Source: the human T2T-CHM13v2.0 reference genome, Homo sapiens | DNA length: 64,000 nucleotides | Direction: 5' to 3' (one strand) | Assembly: GCF_009914755.1 (NCBI RefSeq) | Contig: NC_060939.1 | In this document: positions 1-11,500 of the stretch, in pieces | Numbering within the stretch: position 1 is the first letter of the stretch | Layout: the number at the start of each line of letters is the position of its first letter | The notes under the pieces: generated by a model | Told to the model about the DNA's origin: nothing | The model's database searches: none | Seen by the model: the letters and a program-made list of their open reading frames with translations, nothing else | Made by a program: the position numbers and the translations under genes

Positions 1-3000
1 CCTAAGGAGGGGTAAGAGACTAATTGGTTTGTATGGGAAAGACTGGGCAGTGGGGAAGACAATGGGGAGAACGGGGTTGAGGGGGTGGAGAAGAAGGTGG
101 GAGACAGTGCCCACCTGGGGAGGCCAGGTCCCACTCTGCCTCTGGAGTCTCTGCAGTTCCTCCTCTTTAAATTTCAGGGCAACTGCCAGCCGGTGCCAGC
201 GTGCCTTCCAATATTCAGCCATCTCCTCATGAAGCCTGGGATGTGATTCTTGTGCCTCTAGCTCTTTCCTGAGGGGCACTGGTACCTCCAGGACCTGGAG
301 TGTACTGGAAGAAATGGTGCAGTCCAGGTACAGCATGGACCCCAGATCACCCCCACCCCACTCCCTTTCAGTGATTATTGTCTTATGAACTAGGAGGGGG
401 AGTGGGGCAGAGATGCCTCTTTCATGGCTCCCTGCACACACAGAACCCCTTTGTACTGGGCACTTCTACTCCCAAGGACCCTGACTTGCACCCAGCAGCT
501 AAGGTCATCTCACCCCCACCTCCCACCTGCCCCTGGGCCAGCAGGAGGGGCTTGGCCATATGTAGGCGAGACAGGACTTCTTGAAGCTGAAAGATTTCCC
601 ACCCCATAAAAGAGCCAGAATGTGACAACCAGGAGCGCTGATACCTGGGGAAGGGAGACTGGCTCTGGTCGTGTGATTCCGGGTTTAGGGCTCTGGGCCA
701 TTCCCCCTCAGCCAGCTGGTGACAGAGACTGGACCACCGCCTGCTGAGAGGGCCATCTCACCTACAGTGAGAACAGAGCCCCCACCCCAGCCTGGCTTGG
801 ACACTCTGAGGATGGGCCCAAGCAGCCACCTACCAGGACTCTTGGCCCGGGGCCACACCCAGTGCTGCTAGCAGCCCCACCTTCTCCTGAAGTAGCCAGG
901 TGTGCTCTGCCTCCAGGGCCTGCAATGGCCCCCCAACACCATCTGCTCTCCCTGCAGATGCTGCAGCTGCTCCAAGCAGGCCCCTAGTTGCTGGTGGCTC
1001 TGGCCCAGCTCTTCTGAGTCTCTTGTTCACCTGGGGAGATCCCCACCCCACCGAGTTGTGGCTCAGCCTCCACCAGGGTTGTGGAGCTCCAGCCTTTACC
1101 CATGCAGCCCCTCCTCAGAGGCCCCGAACTCCACTTCCTCTGGGTCTCAGCCCTTCCAGGAGGCCTCTCTGACCACCCCAGCCCGCAGAGGCTTCTCTAC
1201 ACTCCAGGCTACGACTCTGGACCAGTGCCTGGCTGCACACTAGCAGGGGGGCCAGTTATGTGAAGATGAGGATGGTGCTCTCTGGAGTGTCACTGTGTGG
1301 ACGCCCTGCTAGAATCTCTCTCTCCTGGTCATTCTCCTTTCCTCTGTGCCCCTAGAGCCCCTTGCCCTACATTGGAATCCCCCAGGAATGGGGCCCAGGC
1401 TCCCTTGCCTCTGCCCCCTGGTACAGATGGGCATGGCCTGGATCAGCTAATGCCCAGATTCCCTTTCCTGTGGGGCTGCCCCTGCCAGCTGTCTTGACCA
1501 ACCTCAGTGAGTATCAGCAACTGCTCCTGCAGACGGACTGTGTCCTGAGCCTGGGCAGGGGTCTCAGCTGCTGGCATGGAGACTCTGGGTCCCGAAGCTC
1601 CTGGGCCCTGCCTCCATCCCAGCTCTGCTCTTGGATCTGCAGGCCTGGCACCAGCATCTCCTGTAGATACACTTGGTCCAGAATCCTGGGGTCTCCTTCC
1701 AGCTTCCAGACCACACTGGGGTGGTCTTGGCAGACCGTTGATGCCTCAGGGCATGTTGTGGCAGGGTCCTGGCCCCAACTCAAGTTATGACTCTGAACAA
1801 GCTCTCCTCTGCTCTCTGGTCTCAGTTTTCCCATCTGAACCAGGAGGGAAGTCACTGAATGATCCCAGGGTATTCCCAAATGTTGGAAGAGGATCCCTCT
1901 CTTGGCTGGACTAAGCCCCTGCGCTGCCTTCCTTCTCTAGATAATGCTTCAATAATGAGGACCAGAGAATAAAGTGTGGGGCAGAGTCAAAGGTACAGCA
2001 GGGCCAGTGCGCAGGGCCTGCCATGCACCCACTTGGGGGATCCCCAGGCTGGGCTCTGGGCCAACAGGCTGTTGGGTCATTTGGTCCAAATGCCGCTAGG
2101 CCTTTTCCACTTCTGTCTGCAGCAGCAGGATCCTGTGGGTAGAAGGGATGGTCTGCCTGTTCCCTGCCACCCCACCCCTCCCCCACAGCCCAGCCCCACT
2201 CACTTGTCTTCTATGTTCTGGTCTGGCCTCCTCCACTCAGCCTGTCCCTGGGATCCCTGCATCTGGTGCCTCTCCTGCTCCAGGCAGGCCAGGGAGCACT
2301 CCACCTGCTAGGAGGAGGCTGAGTGGGAGGGCTGAAGGCAGCACAGAGCCTCAGATAGGTAGGGCTAGCTTCCCTGCCTCCCACCAGGCAGGGCAGTGTC
2401 TGCAGCCTTTGATAACGCAGGCGGACTGGCAGCCAGCAGCCCAGCTGACAGCCCAACATGGACCCATGCCCTGGCTTATATACAAGGGACTGTGCCCTGG
2501 GGCCCTGAGGGGCTGCTTTTGGCTGTTATCTATCACGACAGGCTCCAGCTGTGCATCTCTACCTCCAGCTGGGCCCGAGATACACCGCCTCTCCAGCTGC
2601 TCTCCAGCTGCTGACAGCTTCAGGGTGGAGGCCAGCAGGACTGCTGTGGCATGCTAAAGGGCAGGCAGACATGAGGTTGTCAACTGGGTCCCAAGGGTCC
2701 CCCAGGCCTGGTAGGGAGCAGTGGCTCCAGGTGGGCCAGCTGTGAGCTAAGACACAGAGTCACTGAAGGCTTGCGTAACTGGGCCATCACACGGTGTCCC
2801 TTTCCTACCCTCACATGAGGCAGAGATCCTGGTAACCTTCCCAAGAACCCTCAGCTTGCACAGCCATCTCCCCCTCTCTGGGGCTCGCCTGTTTCACTCG
2901 GGGAGATTGGGCTTCTAAGGAAGCTCTTCAGTCTATGGAGCTAAAACCAGCCCCTCCCTCCCTCAGATTCTCCCTGGGGGGCCACAGGGACCCTGGCCCT

Positions 3001-5644
3001 TCCTTCACCTCCAGCAGTGTCCCTAGCCACCCCCAGCATATGCCTCTCAGGCAACACCCTGCACCCTTCCAGGGGCACCATTCAGAGACATCTCTGTTCA
3101 ACACCGCAGCCTTGCTGGGGACTCCATTTCCCTTTCTCCTCTGGGTGCCCCAGACCCCGGAAAGCCTCCCTGAGAATATGGCACCAGATGTGGACACCAG
3201 CTCTGGGCATTCTGGAGCTTCAGCCTGCTAAGGGGATCTTGCTAGCTCAGGGGACCTCCTTTCAGCTACAGAAAGCCCAGGAAGAAGGAATGGGGGAGGA
3301 CAGGGCCTCACTTTCTGCTTTAGGGACCAGCCAAGTCCCAGCTTGTGCTCCCGCCTCTGCAGCACCAGGGCTTGCTCCGACAGGGCCTCCGGCACTGCCC
3401 GAAGACGGCTTGCCAGCTCGGCCCTCTGCTGCCTGCTTTCTGCCAGCTGCTCCCACAGGTCCTTCTCTGCCCGCCTCCAGTCCCGCTCGGGGGCCCTGTT
3501 GGAGCACATGCCAGGGAAAGAGGAGCCAGACTTCAGCCCAGGCCCCAGGGGGCTGCCATGCCCAACTTTCCTATGCTCACCTGCACCCTTCAGTGGGGCT
3601 TGGTGGGCAGACACGGTCCAATGCCCCGAGGAAATAGGAGTTCCAGAGACAGCGGGCAGGGCTGGGCATCAAGTCCATGGGCTCTGCCTCAGTGGGACCT
3701 GAGAACAGGACAGATCCTGGAGCTGGGGTAGTCTTGGCTTCCCAAAGCACCAGGCTCTGAGGCCTCTTCTCAGACTCAGAATTGAGGCCCTTTGGCTGAG
3801 CACGCACTAAAACCCTTCAACCCTGATCCTCTGGCCCGAAAGTCTCCTGGTGATTGGAACTTCACTAAACACCAGCCTCAACTCCACTAAACAGTTCTCA
3901 GTTCCCAGTGGTTTCCATGAGCTGTGGGTGCTGCCAGGGGTGGCCACTTGCTGAACACAAACCCCATTATCCTCACAGCAGCTGGTCTGGGGAGGCGCAG
4001 CAGGCACTCCTGAGGGGAAATTGGTGCCCAAGTCCGGCAGGGAGTCCCGTGAGGAGCTGCAATCCCCACCCAACACTGTCTGCACCAGAGCCACGTTCCC
4101 CCTTCCAGTGTGGAAGTCTGGAAATGGCAGGGGAGCATTTGGGGGCCACCACAGTTTAGCTATGATGTGGGGGTCAGAGCCCTTAAGTCAAGTCACTGCT
4201 CAGGTACCTCTCTGGCTTCCATAGCTTCAGCTGTAATATGGAGGCCCTGACGGACCTCTCACCCACCAGCTTGGTGAGGAAGGTCAGAGGGTAGACAGGG
4301 GCTATTCTGCCAGTGTTGCCATCCCTACACCCCTCACCATCACCCTCCTCACCTCTAGGGTCTGGGCCCAAGTCCACTGCCTCCCAACTCCCAACCCTGG
4401 GCACGAGGCACCCTGCCCTGGCTCTGAAAGGGCACAGGAGTTGTCTTCACCTAAGCAGTGGTTACACCTAGCACCTCTACCACCCCCACCCTGACCTCCC
4501 CACTCCTCACATTCCCAGGCCTTCTCCACTCAGGATGGCACCATCGCCCACCAGGCCTTCTCCCCACTGGACAGCTTGACTCTCCTCTCCCCTTACTCCA
4601 GGCCCAGGCTCCTGCAGCCCCCTCCAAAATTGTCTCCCCTCCAAAATGTCACTGCCACACAAGGCTTCTCTAAGACAGACCATGAGGACTGGCCGCTGCC
4701 CCCACCTCCCATACTGGGTACAGCTCCCACAATGCCACTCTACCTGGGTGCTCTGTCTTGCCAGTTAGAAGTGACAGGCTTTCCATGGCAGCCCCCTGCC
4801 CTTAGTGAGAAGCTGAGCTGTGCCCAGCTTGGTCCGGGAGGGGCTCATGGTCCACAGAATGGAGTGCACATGCAGGCCAGATTGTCCTGAGCAGGGGGGC
4901 AGGCCAGGGCAGCCCCAGGAAGGCTTTCCAGGGAGGTGACCCTGGGGCCAAGGCTCAGAGGTGAATTAACTGCCTCCAGAGAAGGCAAAGTCAGATGAGG
5001 CAGACAGAGGAGACAGTAAGGACAATAGAACAAGGAGGGCATCAGAGCAGCTGGGCCTGGCGGGCAGTGAACTGAGCCCTAAGCTTGGTGGAAGTGGAGG
5101 TGGGGGGCAAAAGGGAGACCAAAAGGGGTGAGAGGAGCTGTGGGGTTTGGGAGGATGCAGGGCAGCGGCACCTCCCCAGTGCCCTTGAGATATGCTACAG
5201 ACCTCAACTCCACAGAGGCTGAGGACCCAGACAGGAGCTTGGGCCTGAGGGGCAGTGGAGGTGGAGCAAGCCTCCTCTGAGGTGGGGATGGGAGTGGAGG
5301 AGTTACCCAAACCTCACCTGGGGGCAGATCTTTCTCCAAGTTTCTGAAAGGTGTGAAAGTCACAAAAGAATGAAGCTCTAAGGGTAGAATCTCAGGCAGG
5401 ATGGCCTCCAGGCTGCAAAGTGTGGAGAGGGAGACAGCTGGGAGATGGCTTCTGTTCCACCTCAGAAAAAGAGAGTTGCTTCGTGGCTGGGAGGTAGGGA
5501 CTCCTGGATTCTCAGTGGTGGGCAGTTTTGTGGGAAGGTGACTAACTTACCCCATCAGAGCCTATAGCTCAGGGCAGGGCTGGGGACAGAAGCTTCTCTG
5601 AGAACATCCATCCCGGGGACAGAAGCTTCTCTGAGAACATCCAT
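1..5644 (-). pseudogene. Decayed multi-exon gene encoding a coiled-coil-rich protein (candidate unitary pseudogene); continues off the left edge
   Basis: Series of - strand GT-AG bounded segments (5551-5644, 5318-5377, 3581-3698, 3312-~3511, 2385-2653, 2204-2307, 1503-~1790, 762-1030, 115-304) with heptad-like Q/E/L peptides, one in-frame TGA and frameshifts. Confidence 0.6.
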
Positions 5645-5647
5645 CCC
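5582..5647. repeat. Perfect 33-bp tandem duplication
   Basis: ggggacagaagcttctctgagaacatccatccc at 5582-5614 and 5615-5647. Confidence 0.97.
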
Positions 5648-5922
5648 TCAGGGCTAGTATCCTGGAGCCATGGAAACTCAGGCAACACTAAGTGGTGGGA
5701 GGAGGAGACACCAGAGAGGCCTCCTACTCCACCTCATCTGAGCTGATGAAACCCCGAGATGGAACCTGGCTAGTGTGGTCGAGGCCATGGGTACCAGGCA
5801 GGAATGGCATCTCAGATGGCCTGGGATTTTTCAAAATCTTCAGCTTTTGAGATAGGACCTTAGGGGGCAGGACCTCAGCAGCCAATCTGGGTCACCCACT
5901 GTACACTGAAGCGGCTCCTAAC

Positions 5923-6213
<291 letters not shown>

Positions 6214-6499
6214 GATTTTTTGTTTATTTTTTGAGACAGGGTCTCCTTCTGTCGACCAGGCTGGAGTGCAGTGGTGTGATCATAGCTCACTGCAATCTCA
6301 ACCTCCTGGGATCAAGCGATCCTCCTGCCTCAGTCCCCTGCAAGGAGCTGGAACTACAGGCATGCGCCACCCAGTCCGGCTAATTTTTGTAATTTTTTGG
6401 AAGGGGACCCAGTTTTGAATTAGCTTCTGTTGTTTACTTCGGATAGCCATGGTGGAGCTGGCAGAGATTTAGGGGATACTAAACACCCCTACAAATCAC

Positions 6500-8550
6500 G
6501 CCTTGAAACCCCCCGTTTCAGGGAGAGCCGCTGGCGAAGGACTTGATGCGCAGCCGCAGCTCGGAAGCGGGGGGCTCCCCTGCGACACCTCCCCGCTTCA
6601 GGGGCGGGCCCAGACCCGCGGGGAGGGGCATGGGCGGGGCCGCGGCTGGCTGGCGGCCGCCGGGGCGGTGCTGGGGAAACCCTTGGCGCCCCCGCGGAGC
6701 GGTCCCAAGGAGGGGGCGGTGCCTGGAGGGATGGTCCGCCCCGACTGCGGGTTTCTAGCCCTCGCGTGGCGTGGGGACAATTAGGCGCCACGCCCTGTCG
6801 CTTCACTGCGCGACGCTCGCGAGGCCGGGGACGCCACTCCCAGACCGGGCGGGACGCGCACGCTCACAGTGAGGTCTCAAAAGATCCCCACCTCAGTTTT
6901 CTCATCTGGAAAGTGGGGCCTCGTAATCCTGTCCGACCCGGCGCGGGACAGTAGGTGTCAGGGATTTTGGTGACCCCACGCTCGAGGCCTCTGCAAAAGG
7001 GGGCTGTCCAGTGGCCCAGAGACGCAGCCGGCGGGGCTTTTGTCTAGCGGGGGAGTCTTAACTGAGAGGCCACGCAGGCCGGCAGGAAGCCGCTCCACAG
7101 GAGGGGGCTCAAGGAGAGGGGATCTCCTCCCTCCAGACTCCGGCCCCGCCAGAGTAGCTCTAGGGTATCTTCCCAGAAACTGCCCCGCACGCACTGGCGA
7201 GCTGGGAGCGCCACCACGGCTTTCAAAAAACCCGCACACACCAAGATAATAATGTGTCGTTCGCTCGTTTCGCGCAAGCGGAGTCGCGTCCGCCTTCCCG
7301 AGCTCCGGCACACAGACCTCAGGCCGCTCTCGCGCTCTCCGGGGCCCCGAGAACAATGCCCGTCCTCTCCGCGCGCAGGAGGGAGTTGGCGGACCACGCG
7401 GGGTCGGGGCGACGGAGCGGGCCCAGCCCCACGGCCAGGTCGGGGCCCCACCTCTCGGCTCTGAGAGCCCAGCCGGCCCGGGCCGCGCACCTGTCAGGTC
7501 GGGGGACCTACGTGCGCCGCGACACGGCGGGAGGCGGGCCGGGCCAGGCTCGTCCCCTCGGCCCTCCCGGAACTAGTCTCCTAGGCCGCGGCGCCCGCCG
7601 GAGCGGAGAGGGCTGGTGCCCCGGAGCCTTCGAGTCGGGGGCTAGAGCGGCCAGGCCTCCGAGCCGGGTCGAGCCGAGGCTGGCGACGGCTGCGTCACGC
7701 GAGGGGGCGGGGCTGCCACGGGCGGAGGTCGCAGCCGGAAGCGGAAGAGGCGCTCGGAGCGGGGAGTGGGGCCTAGCTGCAGCCGGAGCCTGGGAGACGG
7801 TAAGTGTGGGCTGGGGTCCGCGGCGGCGACAGCGGCGGCGGCGGCCGGGGGTGAGTCGGCGGGGCAGGCGCGCTGGTGCCATTCGGTCTCGGCCTACTCC
7901 CTTTCTTTCTCCTCTTCGGCCCATATCGGGCCGCGACCTCTCACCCCTGACCCGCTGCTTCTGCCCCGGAGGGCGGTCACTGCAGACCCTGACCTCGACC
8001 CCACGGTGTTGAAGGCGGAGCCTGAACGGCCTCTGGGGCCGCTCAAGGGTCCAGTTTGGGCTCTGTGCCTGCCCGCGGAATGGGGTCGGGGTCCGACGTA
8101 GAAGAGCCAGAGAAGCCCTTCAGACCCCTCCCCTACCCCTGGCTTCAGGCTTAGTCCGCAGATGACTCCTCCCTTGGCGGCCTGGAGTTTGATTCTGGCC
8201 CAGTCCGGCTTTCCCTCTGTCCCCGGGTCTCCCCTCGGCGCCACTGGTGGCGGTTACAGGGGATGGGACTCTGAGACCCCCTGGGACCTGGGGCGGCAGG
8301 AAGGGACGCGAACGAGGGCGCAGGCTCCCCTGTGTGTTTTGTTGTGGTGGTAGAGCCACTCCAGCCCGGAGGATGGGCTAGGCCAAGCTGACAGTTCAAA
8401 TCCCCTGGCTGCTCCTCCGTCCCGCCCGGGAGTCTCTAGCTTTAGTTCCGGGTGTGGGTGCCCTGATGTGGAGCTGGGGTGGAAATTGCCTGAACCAGGC
8501 CCCCATCAGAGGCGGAGTTGGCGGCCTTCCAGCTTCCCTTCTTGATGCCC
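6500..8550. promoter_or_regulatory. CpG island / CLK3 promoter
   Basis: Very high GC and CpG density; GC boxes (e.g. 7703-7712), CRE half-site TGCGTCA 7691-7697, tandem ETS motifs CCGGAAGCGGAAG 7735-7747. Confidence 0.9.
7356..7799 (+). CDS. CLK3: CLK3 exon 1: N-terminal extension of the long isoform (its 3' part is 5'UTR for the 490-aa isoform)
   Basis: [13 protein letters not shown]...AAGAWET; donor ACG|GTAAGT at 7800; phase 0 into the exon 2 ATG. Confidence 0.85.
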
Positions 8551-11500
8551 TTGAAAAGGAGGAGCGTTTCACCGTTGGTGGTGGAGGCTTGCGAGGTGGC
8601 AGGTTTGAGGTTGCAGTGGTAGGGCAGTCCAGCCAAAAATAACCATGGGTGCTGGGGTGGCTGGAATCCGGGAGGGCAGCCGCTGACCTGGCTGGCTGCA
8701 CTTCTAGTCAGCCCAGTTCTCTGGCCAGGAACAGCAAATGAGAAGCCGACAAGGCCTGTGCTCAAAGTTGACATCCTTGGCTTGGTTTTCTTCATATCAC
8801 CTTTTTCCTCATTGTGCAGAGCAGAGCTTCCCAAAGCATAATTGTGGCCTTTAGCTGCTTTTTAAACAAGCTGTTTGCTGAGGTTTTCGAGAATCAGAGA
8901 TAATTGAGAAATGGGCCCTAGAGCCCTGGCTGGGAGGATGATATCTGCTATTTCCAATATTTTACTTGCCTAGAATGTGTTAAAGGAAGGATACTCTTCT
9001 CTGTTATTGCTTTGTGTGTGGTACCTTATAACTCTCATGCTTGTCATCTCTTTTGCCAGGCTGAGAGATGTTATCTCCATTTTCCAGGCATGCTAACCAA
9101 GGCCTAGAGTGACTTGTCTAAGGTCATGAGGCTGGTATGTGACAGCACTAGGATTTAGTTTAGTTTTCTGCCAGAGCTCTTGCCTCCCAGTTTCCTTGGA
9201 AGGGACTTATAAAATGTCTGTAAGGCATTTAACACAGCCCTGAAGTGTTACCTGGAACTTTCAGATGTTCATGAAAAGCTGCCACTAGTACCTCTGTGGG
9301 CACAAAGCTGTGCTAGGCATTTCACTTATAGGAGAGAGATATTTAATCCTCACAGAACCTTGTAAGAGATTACTATTCCCTTGTTGCAAGATGAAGCTGA
9401 CGGTCAGAGTAGTGTAATAATTTGTTCAAAGGCACACAGCTAGAAGTGGCAAGCCATGATTCAGATTGACATCTATATGACTCTGAAATTTTGTTTTCCA
9501 TTGATGTGAATATGTATGGACATAAGAATCTTCTAGGTCCCAGGAGGTAGTCTTTGGCGTGGTGTGACTGTGACTGTGTCCTCCAGCTCTGGTGTTTGTC
9601 TGCCCAGTGAGGATGGGCAGGACCATACTTGCCTTGTGGCACGACATGTGCCCTGGCCAATAGAGCATCTTCTGGGTCAATTAGTGGGGTGTGAGTTCCT
9701 GCTTTCATTCCATAGCTTGGGCACCTGACCCAGAGTAATTGCAGGAAAACAGTGAAATATTAGTCAGCTGATTACCAAAACAACAAATCTAAGCTTTTGG
9801 GGAGGTGATTTCACAAAATATTTATCTCCAAAGACTTCCCAGGTACACGGGGGAAGACAAGTTAGTGGGGAGATGGAGGGCTTTCTTAGGGACACGGAGA
9901 GGCTCCCAGGGGTTTGGTCACATAGGCCTCACTGTCCTGCTCAAGCATGGGGAGCTGTTCTATGCTGCTTTTCTCCTGACAGACCCTGCTGGTGAGATGG
10001 GGCAGCCTCAGTGGGTTTGTACAAAATGTGCTTGGCCAGGCAAGCTCAGGACTGACCATGACTGGAGGTTGGCTGTGGCCAAGTGTGAGTGTTGGGAAGA
10101 AGGCTGGCTCCATGGAGGCAGTCAGGGATTGACGTATGGGTGGAGCAGGTTGCTGGCCTCACATGGCCAGCTTTCTCCGCTGGTGGCAGATCCAGCCTGG
10201 CAATTTCATTTGGTGGATATAAGTCCTCACTGAACAGGGATAGTGAGGTGGGGCTCTTTTACCTGCCAGATGGCTAACCCTCTGGCTATCCTGGGATAGG
10301 CGGAGGGTAGGATACTAGAGCCAGAGAGCTAGAAGAAGGGACAGTAACGGTACTGTTGGATAAAGGCAAGGCACCTGGCAGGGCACTGTGGGGGTCTAAA
10401 AGGGTGCTAAATGGGCCTCTGGAAAGAAAGTTAGATGCGCTGGGTCCACGTCCCCTTGGGTTGACCCTCAGGAGGGCTATGGAATGTTTGTGAGGCCTGT
10501 GTGCCTCTTTCTCCAAGGGCTGCTCTTCTAGTCTCTTGTGGCTCCTCATGCTCACTTGTGGTCCTTACTCCCTTGAGTGGGGTCCAGTTCAGGGCCCTAG
10601 CCAGACAGCGTTCAGCTTCTCAAACTTGAGGGCTTTGAGCCCTCGCCTCCTGTGTACAGCCCTTTGCCTGGCCTTTGGCTTTACAGAGCATTCACTTCAC
10701 GGGACCGCCCCCCCGGGCGGGAGGGAATAGAGTGCAGGAGGCTCCCCTTTCTCCTGCCTTTGATCTCCCTGTGGTAGTGTTCACCGTCCCCACCCAGGGT
10801 TACTGCCTCAGCCCCTGGCCCTGGCTCACCCAGTTCCCTGAGCACCCAGGCCACCAGGCTAGTGATGCTCTGCTGGGAGCTGTTTGTTTGTTCACTGGCA
10901 GAGAAAGTTGTTTCCTATTGTCTGCTGTTTGACCAGTGTGACCTCAGAGTTCTTCTTCACTTCATAAACCTCTGGGAGGGGCCGCCTTCAAACAGAACAA
11001 TGGGCCTCTTCAGGAGCAACCGGGAAGCCCCAGCAGCCCCATGGCTGGAGGTGGCTGGCTGTGTGTTTAGCAGGGCTCTCTGTTCCTCGTGGCCTAGATG
11101 CATCACTGTAAGCGATACCGCTCCCCTGAACCAGACCCGTACCTGAGCTACCGATGGAAGAGGAGGAGGTCCTACAGTCGGGAACATGAAGGGAGACTGC
11201 GATACCCGTCCCGAAGGGAGCCTCCCCCACGAAGATCTCGGTCCAGAAGGTGAGAGGGAACTAGATAGGAGGGAAAGACTCCTTCTGTCAGCTGGGCTCA
11301 GCTGTGGCAGCTCCAGACTCCTTGAGATGACTCCATCCCTGCCCAGCTGTCCCTGGATCCCTGCCCTGTCCTCTTTGGGCTCCTCCACTAACCTCACCTG
11401 CATGCCTTGGCCTCAGCAGTAGCTACCATCCTTGCCGCCCACTCTTTCTCTGTCTTGGAGTGCCTTTTCTTCTCCCCACACATTCCCCCATTTTCTAGGC

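Noticed and set aside
271-327. Possible distal + strand non-coding first exon of CLK3 ending CAG|GTACAG, antisense to the relic exon 115-304
   Set aside because: Only a weak donor is visible and there is no promoter signature; it needs transcript evidence.
6489-8400. Many overlapping R/G/P/A-rich ORFs in the CpG island
   Set aside because: Composition artefact; only 7356-7799 splices in frame to CLK3.
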